64,000 nucleotides of DNA from Candidatus Hermodarchaeota archaeon (GCA_016839805.1 JAEOTO010000022.1:38881-102880), one strand, 5' to 3'; positions 21,082-31,897 are shown, numbered from the stretch's first letter. Numbers and translations: made by a program. Notes: a model not told the origin generated them from the letters alone.

Positions 21082-21993
21082 TTGACAGAACCATCCATTG
21101 AAGACAAACGAATCACGCTAGAGGAAGCTGCACAGAAAATCCATGACGGTGCACATATTGCATGGGGTGGATTCGGATACCAACGCCCACCGGAAGCACT
21201 CGCTATGGAGCTTATTCGCCAGAAAAAACGTAATCTCCGCATCTACACCTGTGGAAGTGAACATGACCTTGATATTCTCGTAGGTGCGGAAGCATGTCTT
21301 GAATTCGAGGTAGCCTTCTTTGCAATTGAAGCGTTGGGGCTTGCGCCAAATTTACGGCGACGAACGAAAGAGGGGAAGGTGCAGTTTGAAGACTATTCTA
21401 ACCTGGCGATGGCTTTACGGTTTTTAGGTGGGGCTTTGAATGTGCCTTTCATGCCGATTCGGCATATGATTGGTACGAATATGATGGATAAAACTCGGTT
21501 ACGTAAGGATAAGGCGAAAGTGATTGATTGTCCTTTTACGGGCACACCAATTGTTTTACTTCCCTCTGTTCAAGCAGATTTTGGTGTGATTTGTGCCCAG
21601 AAAGCGGATGTGGAAGGAAATGTCCAGATTTTCGGGATTAAAGGAGAGGATAACGAAATCGCTCGTGGGTCGAAAACGACGATAGTCTTCACTGAAGAAA
21701 TCATTTCAAACGAAGTGATTCGTGAAACTCCTGACTTAACAACAATTCCAGCTCTCTTTGTGGATTATATCGTAGAGGTCCCATTTGGGAGTTGGCCTAT
21801 GCAGTCTTATGGTGTTTATGATTATGACTTACCTCATCTCCAGATGTATATGGGGCAGTGTAAAACTGAGGAAGGCTGGCAGGAATATCTGAATGACTGG
21901 ATCCTAGATGTCGAAAACCATGATGGGCTCTTGAAGAAGATTGGTGAGAAACGACTCAAGGAACTGCGGGCTGACAAACGATATGGGTATTGA
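21082..21993 (+). CDS. CoA-transferase subunit A (glutaconate CoA-transferase-like)
   Basis: IHDG..IAWGGF, LRF.GGAL.VPFMP, CPFTG, ADVEGN. Confidence 0.9.
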   Translation: MTEPSIEDKRITLEEAAQKIHDGAHIAWGGFGYQRPPEALAMELIRQKKRNLRIYTCGSEHDLDILVGAEACLEFEVAFFAIEALGLAPNLRRRTKEGKVQFEDYSNLAMALRFLGGALNVPFMPIRHMIGTNMMDKTRLRKDKAKVIDCPFTGTPIVLLPSVQADFGVICAQKADVEGNVQIFGIKGEDNEIARGSKTTIVFTEEIISNEVIRETPDLTTIPALFVDYIVEVPFGSWPMQSYGVYDYDLPHLQMYMGQCKTEEGWQEYLNDWILDVENHDGLLKKIGEKRLKELRADKRYGY

Positions 21994-22004
21994 GGTGAAA
22001 AAAG

Positions 22005-22778
22005 ATGGAAGAGTATACATCAACGGAAATGATGGCAGTTTGTGGAGCAAACGCAGTTCGTGATGGTGAACGCGTGTTTGCGGGAACAGGACTCCCAGTT
22101 CTTGGGGCAATGTTAGCAAAAGTGACTCATGCCCCCAATGCCATCATTATCTATGAGGGAGGCAATGTCGATACACAAAATAAAGATCTTGCCCTATCAG
22201 TCGCAGATAGTCGATTGGGTTATCGAGCGGCTGCATCCATCGGGCTCATCGAAACCTTGGGATTTCTTATGATGGGTGGTCGAGTAGATGTTGGGTTTCT
22301 CGGCGCAGCTCAAATTGATGAATATGGCAACATCAACACTTCTTATATTGGTGACTTTGACTCACCCAAGGTTCGACTTCCGGGCAGCGGTGGAGGAAAT
22401 GACATCGCTAGCTCAGCTGGACGGATTATCCTAATGTTCACGCACGACGCTAGGAAATTTGTGAAAAAACTGGATTATCTGACTAGCCCTGGTCACCTTT
22501 CTGGTCCAGGTAGCCGAGAAAAACTTGGATTGATTGGTGGAGGACCCGCACTGGTTGTAACAGATAAATGCCAAATGGATTTTGATCCGAATACCAAAAA
22601 GATTCGATTAAAATCCGTGCATCCAGGTGTAACAGTGGATTGGGTAAACGAGAATGTGATGTTTGACCTTATTATCCCCGGTAAGGTACCGACTACGCCT
22701 GAACCGACAAAGGAGTATCTTGATAAGCTCCACCAACTGGACCCACAGGGTATCTATCTGGGAAAGGGGCAAAAGTAG
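22005..22778 (+). CDS. CoA-transferase subunit B
   Basis: FAGTGLP, YEGG catalytic Glu, GFLGAAQIDEYGNIN, RLPGSGGGND. Confidence 0.9.
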   Translation: MEEYTSTEMMAVCGANAVRDGERVFAGTGLPVLGAMLAKVTHAPNAIIIYEGGNVDTQNKDLALSVADSRLGYRAAASIGLIETLGFLMMGGRVDVGFLGAAQIDEYGNINTSYIGDFDSPKVRLPGSGGGNDIASSAGRIILMFTHDARKFVKKLDYLTSPGHLSGPGSREKLGLIGGGPALVVTDKCQMDFDPNTKKIRLKSVHPGVTVDWVNENVMFDLIIPGKVPTTPEPTKEYLDKLHQLDPQGIYLGKGQK

Positions 22779-22789
22779 TCTTAGTGGAT

Positions 22790-23209
22790 TCAATCACCAA
22801 TTGCTTGAATGATGATGTGTCGATTTCGTGGTCGCACGTCTAATTCTAAGAACACAATTTGTTGCCATGTCCCTAATGGCATTTGCCTGTCAATTATGGG
22901 AATCGTCAGACTTGGACCAATGATTGATGCACGGACATGACTATGGCCATTTCCATCTTGCCAGCGTAAATGATGCTCATACACTGCATCGTGTGGGGCA
23001 AAGCGTTCCATTGCATTTGGTAGGTCTTTGAGCAGCCCAGGTTCATACTCAATAGTAGTTATTGCGCCTGTTGATCCTGTACAAAACACAGTGACTATCC
23101 CGGAACGAATTTTACTGGCTTTTACCTCTTCTTTCACTTTGGTTGTTATATCAATGATGTCGGGTTCACCTTGGGTTTCAAACTGAATTTGACCGGAATA
23201 TGTTACCAT
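22790..23209 (-). CDS. yjbQ: YjbQ/UPF0047 family (secondary thiamine-phosphate synthase)
   Basis: NGHSHVRAS, LGTWQQIVFLELD. Confidence 0.9.
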   Translation of the reverse strand: MVTYSGQIQFETQGEPDIIDITTKVKEEVKASKIRSGIVTVFCTGSTGAITTIEYEPGLLKDLPNAMERFAPHDAVYEHHLRWQDGNGHSHVRASIIGPSLTIPIIDRQMPLGTWQQIVFLELDVRPRNRHIIIQAIGD

Positions 23210-23287
23210 TGTATTGACACCTAAGAATCCATGGCATATTGCCTTGCTAAAAATCCTGTGTGTTCATGATAACAATAAAAGGGAAGA

Positions 23288-24220
23288 ATGATGGAAGGAG
23301 GGCGATTCCGCATGATTGTTATCGGATTATTTACAGCACTTCTCGCCGCATTTTCCTGGGCAGCAAGTGCCGCATTCTATAAAACTGGGGCCAAAGATGT
23401 TTCAGCTCTCACCTCTAACCTCATTCGGATTCTCCTCCCGCTCCTCATTTTATCAATAGTCACCCTCATTTTGAACATCTATCCATTCATAGCTTTTCTC
23501 ACGTTTTGGGAGATCCTCTTCATCTTGGGAAGTAGTCTTTTTGCATTTGTCATTGGAGACGCGCTTTATTTTGTCACAATTCAAAATATTGGAGTCAGTC
23601 GGGGTGTGCCCGTGACTTCGATCTATCCTTTTTTCATCCTCCTGTTACAGATTCTCTTTCTCTCTCAGCCGATTCACCTTCTCATGATTCCTGCGGTGAT
23701 TATCACTATTGTTGGTGTTGCTATTCTTGGACGGCAACTAAATCCTGACTCTAATAACCAAGTCACGTTAACGCGTCGACAACTCTTGATTGGACTTATT
23801 GCAGGAATTTTGACAGCCTTAAGCTGGAGTATCAGTACCCTCCTTTTGGACACAGTTTTGGAAACAACCAATTTATTTCTCATAGCAGTTATTCGGCTAT
23901 CATTTGCACTAGCAATCCTCTCACCCGTTGTATTGGGACAACAAATCGTCTGGAAAAAAGATAGCCTCACTCAAAGACAATTGCTCTTTTTGAGCATTGG
24001 TGGAGTGTTTGCCCTCGTCATCGGATATATTGCTTTTGCCCTCTCCTTACAACTCGTGGATATCACCTCTGCCACCGTTCTCTCGTCATTAACACCTCTC
24101 TTTGCCCTCATTATCGGATGGCGTACACTAAAGGAGCGAGTAACTTGGATGACCGTGGTGGGTGTTATGGCATGTGTGATAGGAATTATTTTCATCGCCA
24201 TTGCCGTCTCATTAGTCTAA
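23288..24220 (+). CDS. EamA/DMT family transporter
   Basis: About 10 TM helices in two repeats; SIYP / SLTPLF...LKER. Confidence 0.85.
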   Translation: MMEGGRFRMIVIGLFTALLAAFSWAASAAFYKTGAKDVSALTSNLIRILLPLLILSIVTLILNIYPFIAFLTFWEILFILGSSLFAFVIGDALYFVTIQNIGVSRGVPVTSIYPFFILLLQILFLSQPIHLLMIPAVIITIVGVAILGRQLNPDSNNQVTLTRRQLLIGLIAGILTALSWSISTLLLDTVLETTNLFLIAVIRLSFALAILSPVVLGQQIVWKKDSLTQRQLLFLSIGGVFALVIGYIAFALSLQLVDITSATVLSSLTPLFALIIGWRTLKERVTWMTVVGVMACVIGIIFIAIAVSLV

Positions 24221-24289
24221 TCTAACAGATTTTTTGTTGTGATTAATAACGGTCACTTTTTTAGGATGATCATATGGGTAAAATGATTA

Positions 24290-24976
24290 CTAGTGGGTTT
24301 TGGGGTATGTTGCTATTCTATCTCTCATGTTAGGTTTCTTCATGTTGGTCTTCCTCATAATGAAATAGTCTGAAACCACGCCAACAACTGCACCGATACC
24401 ATGGGATAAGAAGCTCAATGGGGGAGCCATTGCAAATAATGCCAATATGAAGAGTGCACCAAACATAACTGATTGTAATTGTCGCATTATAGTGGCTCCT
24501 GCAATACCAAAAATAGCTGCTGACGCTCCAATAAAGACAAGTAGAGGAAAAAGAATAAGCGAGAGCACATTAGTGAGGAGACCTGCCATAAAATAAATAA
24601 TCAAGAAATTTTTTCGCCCGCCTTCCTTTTCGAACACCAATCCGATTACCGCTAACGCGAAAATGTTTAAGCCAAAATGGAGGAGATCCTGATGGACGAA
24701 CATTGCTGTGAGTAATACATAATATCTCCCTTGAGCAAACGCTGGTGCCGAGACGCCAAAGAATTCTAACACTTCAACACGCATTACTAAAAAATTTCCA
24801 CTAAGTAAAGCTGTGAAACAATACATCGCGAAATTTGCCAGAAGAATCCAGACAGTGATTGGAATCCGGAAAAGAATTTCTCGGATATTTAAAGGTCTAT
24901 ACTCTTCTGCTCCTGCTTCTGATATGTTGTCATTGGCATTCATATTAGACCCTAGAGGCTCTATGCCACTAATCAA
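24290..24976 (-). CDS. rhomboid family intramembrane serine protease
   Basis: MFVHQDLLHFGLN, GASAAIFG catalytic Ser, HGIG catalytic His. Confidence 0.9.
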   Translation of the reverse strand: MISGIEPLGSNMNANDNISEAGAEEYRPLNIREILFRIPITVWILLANFAMYCFTALLSGNFLVMRVEVLEFFGVSAPAFAQGRYYVLLTAMFVHQDLLHFGLNIFALAVIGLVFEKEGGRKNFLIIYFMAGLLTNVLSLILFPLLVFIGASAAIFGIAGATIMRQLQSVMFGALFILALFAMAPPLSFLSHGIGAVVGVVSDYFIMRKTNMKKPNMRDRIATYPKTH

Positions 24977-25152
24977 GACTACATATTTAGTCCCATATTA
25001 ATTTCAGGATACCGGTAAATGCGGTTATTCGCACTATTTCATGGTTGCTCAGCTGAAAACTGAACTGCTAGGTTACATTAATCGATGTTTCCGCTTTTTC
25101 CCACTGCAAAGGCAGATTGACTGGTCAAATTGAGTAAGTGTCTTGATCACTG

Positions 25153-26148
25153 TTATGCGACTGGATACCAGCATGCGAAGTAATGCCCCTTCTTTGCTTT
25201 GGTAAAAGGAGGTTGTTCTTTGGAGCATTTTTCTTGCGCTGCAGGACAACGGGTGTGGAAGCGGCAACCCCCTGGGGGGTTGATGGTACTTGGTACTTCA
25301 CCCCATAAAACGATGCGTTCACGTGACCTATCGGGATCAGGAACCGGAATTGCTTTCATCAGCGCTTCTGTATAATGGTGTTGGAATTCTTCGAAAATGG
25401 CTTTGACGGGTCCGTATTCTACCATCTGTCCTAAGTACATCACGATAACTCGAGCACAGATTTGGCGTACGGATGAAAGATCGTGCGAGATATACACGTA
25501 GGTAAGGTTCTTCTTGGCTTGCAAGTCTGTCATGAGATTCAATATCTGAGCCCGAATCGATACATCTAATGATGCAACAGGCTCGTCGGCAAATATGAAC
25601 TCAGGATCAACGGATAAGGCTCGAGCAATCACAATTCGTTGGCGTTGACCGCCACTGAATTGGTGGGGAAATCTTTCGGCGTGATAGGGTTCAAGGCCCA
25701 CCTCATGAAGTATATCATACAGCCGGTCTCGTGCATCTTCTTTCTCGACAAGGCCATGGATATTGAATCCTTCGGAGACTATGTCCTTGACAGGCATACG
25801 TGGATTCAGGGAGGTCCACGGATTTTGGAAGACCAGTTTAAGCTTTCGACGATATTTCATTTTCTCTTCTTTGCTTCCTTTCTCCCAAATTTGCAGAAGA
25901 TCTTCCCCGTTATAGAGTACTTCTCCACCTGATGCTGGAGTTAATCCTAAAATCGTACGGGCTGTGGTGGTCTTTCCACACCCACTTTCTCCAACCAGAC
26001 CTAAGGTTTCACCCCGGTAAACATCAAAATCAACGTGATCAACTGCATGGACTTTGCCGGTGACCTTTGATCCGATGATTTGTCTCGAGACAACAGTAAA
26101 GTATTTCTGGAGATCGGTCACGCTTAGAATAACGTCTTGTTTACTCAC
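25153..26148 (-). CDS. oppF: oligopeptide/dipeptide ABC transporter ATP-binding protein
   Basis: GESGCGKT, FSGGQRQR, ADEP, C-terminal GCRFHTRC. Confidence 0.9.
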   Translation of the reverse strand: MSKQDVILSVTDLQKYFTVVSRQIIGSKVTGKVHAVDHVDFDVYRGETLGLVGESGCGKTTTARTILGLTPASGGEVLYNGEDLLQIWEKGSKEEKMKYRRKLKLVFQNPWTSLNPRMPVKDIVSEGFNIHGLVEKEDARDRLYDILHEVGLEPYHAERFPHQFSGGQRQRIVIARALSVDPEFIFADEPVASLDVSIRAQILNLMTDLQAKKNLTYVYISHDLSSVRQICARVIVMYLGQMVEYGPVKAIFEEFQHHYTEALMKAIPVPDPDRSRERIVLWGEVPSTINPPGGCRFHTRCPAAQEKCSKEQPPFTKAKKGHYFACWYPVA

Positions 26149-27187
26149 TTTCCATTTCCTCCCGCGCCTGCTTCAATCGGCTTAATAATTCGCCTTTAAT
26201 TTCATCAATGCGAATGCATGCACTCTTATGACCCTTCTTGATTTCCACAGCATCCGGCATTTCCTGCTTACAAATGTCTTTTGCAAATGTACACCGAGGA
26301 TGGAATCGACAACCTGGAGGTGGATAAATCAGGTCTGGTATCGTGCCAGGAATCACAGCCAATCTCTTGATTCTTCCAAGAACCGATGGCACAGAGGTTA
26401 ATAATGCCGTGGTGTATGGATGCAATGGTTCATGGAAGATTGAACGGACATCTCCGGTTTCACAGACGCGCCCCGCATAAAGTACTGTGACGCGTTTGCA
26501 CATCTCAGCAATGACGCCCATATCGTGAGTAATCATCACTAAATCCATTCCGAAGTTCTTTTGGAGTTCTTGCATGAGGTTCAAGACTTGGGCTTCAATT
26601 GTCACATCTAAGGCAGTTGTGGGTTCGTCAGCAAAAAGAATTTCTGGGCGGGCAGAGAGGGCACGTGCGATAGCAATTCGCTGTCTCATTCCTGTACTGA
26701 ATTGGTGGGGATACTCGTAATATCGTTGTTCGGCTTCAGAAATTCTTACTGTTTCCAGGATTTCTATGACCGCTTTCTTCGCTTCTTCTTTGGTCACATC
26801 TTGATGGCGCATAATAACCTCTTGTATTTGGCTGCCTACAGTAAACACAGGATTTAGAGAAGTACTAGGATCTTGAAAAGAGATTGATATTTTATTTCCC
26901 CGGAGTTTTTGCATTTCCTTGTCGCTTTTTTCCACAAGATTCTCGCCATGGAACATAACACGACCATCAACGATTTTTCCAGGACTCGGAACGATACCAA
27001 GAACCGATAGGGCTGTTACCGTCTTACCGGATCCCGATTCCCCTACAAGCCCATGGGTTACATCTTCTTCAATGTTGAAGGTGACGCCATCAAGGGCTTT
27101 TACGATTCCTGCTTCAGTATAGAAATACGTCTTTAGGTTTTCGATTTCCATTATGTTTGTCATTCTATCCTGTTCTCCTATCTCCAT
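26141..27187 (-). CDS. oppD: oligopeptide/dipeptide ABC transporter ATP-binding protein
   Basis: GESGSGKT, FSTGMRQR, ADEPTTALD, GCRFHPRC; start may be ATG at 27163. Confidence 0.9.
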   Translation of the reverse strand: MEIGEQDRMTNIMEIENLKTYFYTEAGIVKALDGVTFNIEEDVTHGLVGESGSGKTVTALSVLGIVPSPGKIVDGRVMFHGENLVEKSDKEMQKLRGNKISISFQDPSTSLNPVFTVGSQIQEVIMRHQDVTKEEAKKAVIEILETVRISEAEQRYYEYPHQFSTGMRQRIAIARALSARPEILFADEPTTALDVTIEAQVLNLMQELQKNFGMDLVMITHDMGVIAEMCKRVTVLYAGRVCETGDVRSIFHEPLHPYTTALLTSVPSVLGRIKRLAVIPGTIPDLIYPPPGCRFHPRCTFAKDICKQEMPDAVEIKKGHKSACIRIDEIKGELLSRLKQAREEMESE

Positions 27188-28140
27188 AGTCGCGGATCTA
27201 AAGCGTCTGCAAGTCCATCGCCCATTAGGTTAAAGGCAAGTACAGTGAAGAAAATCATAAAAGCTGGATACAGTACGAGCCAGGGTTGTACAGACACAAT
27301 CTCCAAAGCCATGTTAATCATCCAACCCCAGGAAGGTATTGAGGCGTCACCAAAACCGAGAAAACTCAAACCGGCTTCAGCGAGGATGTTATACGCAATA
27401 CCTAAAGTAAATACAACGATAATGGGCCCTAGAGCGTTCGGGAGAATGTGTCGAAGCATGATTCGCCGATTGCTTGCACCAAGTTCCCGGGCTGCCTCAA
27501 CATAATCTAAATTCTTGAGTTTGAAGAATTCTGCCCGTATCATTCGGGCCATTTGGGGCCAACCGAATATTCCTAATACTGTAATGACAATCCAGAGTCC
27601 AAAACCTGCAACGACAAAGATAGATAGAATCTTAATCATAAGGAGCATGATCAAGAAAACTGGCATTACAAGGAAGACATCTGTCACCATCATTAGACCA
27701 GCATCCACTCTTCCGCCAAAATAACCTGCTAATCCACCCACTGCAAGGGCTATGATTGTAGATAAGAGCATAGCCACTATGCCTACTATGAGAGCTGTTT
27801 GGGCTCCCCAGAAGATACGACTGAGTACATCACGTCCCAATTTATCTGTACCTAATGGATGGAAAATGGAGGGTAGTGCTCTGGATCCGCCACCAAGTTC
27901 TGGTGGGTCAATCAGAAATATGGTACTATTAGGATCTGGTAGTACTCCCATGAAGGTGAGAAAGGGTGCACTCACACCCATAAATACAATAACTAGAAGA
28001 ATCCCTGCACCAAAAAGGGCAGTTCTGTTTTTCTTGAATCGACGCCAGACTAGTTGCCACTGACTGGCACCTCGTGTTTCAACTTCTTCTTCAAGTAGTT
28101 CTCTTCGTTCTAAATCGCTAACACGGTCGGTTTCTCCCAT
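27178..28140 (-). CDS. oppC: oligopeptide ABC transporter permease
   Basis: HPLGTDKLGRDVLSR, YVEAARELGAS (EAA loop), RHILPN. Confidence 0.9.
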   Translation of the reverse strand: MGETDRVSDLERRELLEEEVETRGASQWQLVWRRFKKNRTALFGAGILLVIVFMGVSAPFLTFMGVLPDPNSTIFLIDPPELGGGSRALPSIFHPLGTDKLGRDVLSRIFWGAQTALIVGIVAMLLSTIIALAVGGLAGYFGGRVDAGLMMVTDVFLVMPVFLIMLLMIKILSIFVVAGFGLWIVITVLGIFGWPQMARMIRAEFFKLKNLDYVEAARELGASNRRIMLRHILPNALGPIIVVFTLGIAYNILAEAGLSFLGFGDASIPSWGWMINMALEIVSVQPWLVLYPAFMIFFTVLAFNLMGDGLADALDPRLWR

Positions 28141-28147
28141 ACTGATT

Positions 28148-29155
28148 TCACCCCACGGTTATTCTAGGATCTACGATCCCGTAGGTCATATCGACAATGA
28201 TATTCGCAGCCAATATGAGAACAGTGAGAATCGATATTACTGCCATAATAACAGGAAAATCAAGGTTATTTAACGCCTGGACATAATAGTATCCAAGTCC
28301 AGGCCACGTGAACACCGTTTCAGTGATAGGCGCACCCGCAAAAGCCGTGGCGATTGCCAGTCCAATATAGGTGACCAGAGGGATCAATGCATTCCTTAGA
28401 GCATGTTTGTACACGACTTTAATATTGCTTAAGCCACTTGCCCGCGCCGCTAAAACGTAATCTTGTTGCAGTGTTTCACGCATTCCCGATCTCACAAGGC
28501 GCACGTATAAAGCCATAAAGGTGAATGTTAACACGAGCATTGGCAAAACCATATGCCAGGCAGCATCTGCTAAAAACAATGGAAATGGAAAGCTTCGATA
28601 ATTCCACGCATGAGCTCCACTAGCAGGGAAATAAAATAATCCATTAGTCAATGTGTGAAGAGACTGTGAAAAGATAAGCAGCCCAAAAATGCCTAACACA
28701 AAAATGGGCATCGAGACACCCAATAAGGCCATTGTTGTTACACCCATGTCAGCGATGGAGTAGGGGTGTCGTGCAGAATACACGCCAACAATAATCGCCA
28801 GGATAACGGCAAGCGCAAGTGCACTAAGCTGTAGTTTCAGGGTCTCAATCGTCCAAGGAATAAGGAGCGTTGCTACCGGTGAGTGAAAATAGAATGACGT
28901 TCCTAGATTTCCTTGAAATATGTTAAGAAGCCAATAGAAGTATTGCTCCCAGACCGGTCGGTCCAAGCGATAGTAATGACGTAAATTATCGACAACGTCC
29001 TGAGTGATGTAGGGTGTACCTGCCAGCATTAACCGTACTGGGTCACCAGCGGCATACATTAATGCCCAAGTAATGATTGTGACACCAAAAAAGACGGGAA
29101 TACTAAACAGCAGGCGTCGTAATAAAAACTTGGCTAACCGTGTAATCTCAATCAT
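28148..29155 (-). CDS. oppB: oligopeptide ABC transporter permease
   Basis: GNLGTS, DYVLAARASGLS, HALRNA, ETVFTWPGLG. Confidence 0.9.
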   Translation of the reverse strand: MIEITRLAKFLLRRLLFSIPVFFGVTIITWALMYAAGDPVRLMLAGTPYITQDVVDNLRHYYRLDRPVWEQYFYWLLNIFQGNLGTSFYFHSPVATLLIPWTIETLKLQLSALALAVILAIIVGVYSARHPYSIADMGVTTMALLGVSMPIFVLGIFGLLIFSQSLHTLTNGLFYFPASGAHAWNYRSFPFPLFLADAAWHMVLPMLVLTFTFMALYVRLVRSGMRETLQQDYVLAARASGLSNIKVVYKHALRNALIPLVTYIGLAIATAFAGAPITETVFTWPGLGYYYVQALNNLDFPVIMAVISILTVLILAANIIVDMTYGIVDPRITVG

Positions 29156-29376
29156 TTGACGAACCCTTCTTTAAATCGGTTGAACCCAATTCTTTGATTA
29201 GTTTTTTACCATTTGGGTTGAGGCAACCTATCCAATTTATTCTTTGGGAATTAAAGTCTACATATTTGAACACTCTATATAAATGAATTTAGTGCCCACA
29301 CGACAACCTATAAAAAGGCAAGTGTAATACGTGGGCTATCCGTGTAATTCGAACACGCGGAAAAACTAACTTGTGA

Positions 29377-31302
29377 ATGAAAATGAATAAAAGATTTTTA
29401 CAAATTTCAGCTATACTAGCGATTTCGCTTTTTGCCGCAGCACCGCTTCTCTCTTTATCTTCAGTAAATGCTCAGGAAACACTGTTTCCGATTTATATCG
29501 GTGTTGGCGATAATAACCCGGCCCGTCTAGCATGGGCACAAATCATTTCTGACTCGTTTAGGCGAATCGGAATTGACTCACGGGTTGCCATTGGTACTTG
29601 GGGTGGCTGGCTTGACCGTGTCCTCTTTCCACTCCCTGAAAATATAGGGCAAACCTACGTTTTAGGTGGTTGGGACTCTATCTTCATTGGGTGGAACTGG
29701 GGTAGCTCCTGGATTGATCCGACCTCCCTGTACGACAATGACTCTATCCCCATCTTCAACTGGTGTCTCCACGACGATCCTGAAATCGAAAGGCTCCTTG
29801 CTCTTATTCGGAGCGAACTTGATCCACCAACACGTATTTCATATCAGAAGCAACTACAAGCATACACTCATAACGTCAGTGCACTGCAGGTCCTTCTTTA
29901 TGAAAACGAAACCTGGGCTTATGATCCCAACATGATCGGCTTCTCGGATGTCTCTCAAATCTTTCCGACTGGCAGCGATCCCATGATGCGGATTACAGGT
30001 TCTGACGTCATTAAAATTGGTGTGAATGCTGATCCTAAAGACTATTCAAGTATGATGTCCACAGCCTACTACGACGGCATTGCCTATGGTGTAACCCAAG
30101 ACAGCCTCTTCTTCTATGAGAACAACGATGACATGTCCACTTTTACCTACACCCCGCAATTAGCGGCAAGTGACTGGGTAGTCGACAATAACGGCTATAA
30201 CTGGACTCTGTCGCTTCGTGAAGATGTGTACTGGCCAACGGGTATCCAATTCAATGCTAGCGATGTTATCTTGACCTGGAAGGCTATTGTAACACCGGCA
30301 GTGACCTCCGCCCGATACGGCGACTACTACACTGTTGGCTTGACCAATGAAAGCTTCATCGAGCTTGACGAGTTTACCGTCCGAGTTGCCTTCAATGAGA
30401 GTCTTCCGCTCTATGCGTGGACACCCCAATTGCTCAACATGGTCGCAATCGTGTCTTACCAAGAAATGAGCCAAGTGCCATTCGCCAATTGGCGAGCCCA
30501 CGGCTCCAACGCCGGTACGCTCTGGACTGCGACCGATGTTAACGGTGCAGCATACCCCGTGTATGGTCCCTACGGTCTTGGCCCCTACGTGTGCAATACA
30601 CCAGCGTCTGGTTGGGATGCAGGTTCACGAACCTTTATTGCCGACCGTCGGGGTTCAGCCGGTGATGTTGGATTAGCCAACGGCACCAAGGTTGCCTACT
30701 ATAAGGGTGTCAATGGTTGGCACAGTAGTGGTACTCCGATGCCCGTCCAATGGGTCTACAAGACCATTGTCGGTGGTTCTACGGCCATTAACGCTTTGCA
30801 AATCGACGAAATTGACCTTGTTGATACGAACTTTGCTATCGCGCCACTCCGAGCAACGGTCGACCCTGCTTGGGGTACAATGCTCTATGACGCTGAGATT
30901 GGCTTCCAATCCTTTGGTCTGAACCTACAGCACCCCATCTGGGGCACTGGAATTGGTACACCCTATGGTTCAGCTGATACAGCCAATGCGGGTACGTACG
31001 CACAGTATGTCCGCCAAGCTCTCAACTACTTGATTCCACGAGAGGCTATTGTCGCTCAGGTCCTTGACGGCTTTGGTGTGCCTGGTAATGAATACATGCC
31101 ACCGAGTCTAGCTGCCTTTAACTCCGACATTACGCAATATCGCTACAACGTTGCGGAAGCGACGCGACTGCTTGAACTGGCAGGCTATGTCGTTCCCACT
31201 GTACTTCCTGTACCACCCATTGCCTTGTACGCAGCGATTGGCGTAGCTGTTGCAGCTATTGTCATTGCAGTCATCGCAATCTACCTGTGGCGAAAGAAGT
31301 AA
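29377..31302 (+). CDS. oppA: family 5 (OppA/DppA-like) substrate-binding protein, apparently circularly permuted, with C-terminal TM anchor
   Basis: N-terminal signal peptide; W...DNNGYNWTLSLREDVYW..G..F.ASDV; VRQALNYLI.R; YNVAEA..LL; C-terminal TM followed by RKK. Confidence 0.8.
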   Translation: MKMNKRFLQISAILAISLFAAAPLLSLSSVNAQETLFPIYIGVGDNNPARLAWAQIISDSFRRIGIDSRVAIGTWGGWLDRVLFPLPENIGQTYVLGGWDSIFIGWNWGSSWIDPTSLYDNDSIPIFNWCLHDDPEIERLLALIRSELDPPTRISYQKQLQAYTHNVSALQVLLYENETWAYDPNMIGFSDVSQIFPTGSDPMMRITGSDVIKIGVNADPKDYSSMMSTAYYDGIAYGVTQDSLFFYENNDDMSTFTYTPQLAASDWVVDNNGYNWTLSLREDVYWPTGIQFNASDVILTWKAIVTPAVTSARYGDYYTVGLTNESFIELDEFTVRVAFNESLPLYAWTPQLLNMVAIVSYQEMSQVPFANWRAHGSNAGTLWTATDVNGAAYPVYGPYGLGPYVCNTPASGWDAGSRTFIADRRGSAGDVGLANGTKVAYYKGVNGWHSSGTPMPVQWVYKTIVGGSTAINALQIDEIDLVDTNFAIAPLRATVDPAWGTMLYDAEIGFQSFGLNLQHPIWGTGIGTPYGSADTANAGTYAQYVRQALNYLIPREAIVAQVLDGFGVPGNEYMPPSLAAFNSDITQYRYNVAEATRLLELAGYVVPTVLPVPPIALYAAIGVAVAAIVIAVIAIYLWRKK

Positions 31303-31350
31303 GTAGGCTACGCTCTTTGGCGTTCAGCCTACCCCCTTTTCTTTTTTTAT
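31303..31350 (+). terminator. hairpin plus U-tract terminator after oppA
   Basis: GTAGGCT...AGCCTAC stem followed by CCCCTTTTCTTTTTTTAT. Confidence 0.7.
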
Positions 31351-31402
31351 TCTCCCCTGAGTGGACTTTGCGTTTGATAGTCAGAACTAAGGGAGGTTAG
31401 TT

Positions 31403-31741
31403 TCAAAAAACTGCGAGAGAGGTGATAATAGAAACTAATAGTAAGAATCCAGCAAGGAGCAGAGGTGTATAACTGAGTTCTCGTGTGGCCTTAGCTTTTT
31501 CTGGGTTATACTCATCATGAATAGCTCGACTGATTGAAGGGAATCCTCCAATCATTAAAGCAATGCCACCAATGACGAAGAATAAGCCTGCCTCGAAGAA
31601 GGTTATACCGCTCAGGGCAATCAGTAACCGAATAAGATCCCATATGCCAAGTAGAAGTAAACTAACGAGATTAATTATGAGAATTACTGCCAAGCCAATT
31701 GAGGCCCATAGGATCGTTGAAATTACTTTTTGTTTCTTCAC
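31403..31741 (-). CDS. hypothetical membrane protein (3 TM)
   Basis: Hydrophobic 112 aa ORF filling an intergenic gap. Confidence 0.6.
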   Translation of the reverse strand: MKKQKVISTILWASIGLAVILIINLVSLLLLGIWDLIRLLIALSGITFFEAGLFFVIGGIALMIGGFPSISRAIHDEYNPEKAKATRELSYTPLLLAGFLLLVSIITSLAVF

Positions 31742-31897
31742 CGGTGTTCACTTATGAGGGGAGGATATCATGCGGTTCTTAACGTTTACGAAAGCGTCTA
31801 TGATACTATTTTTTGTCCAATGAGATGATTGAAACGACATGGAACGATAAATATTCAACGAATTAGACGAGCAATTCGAGTATACTGGATTTTGTCA

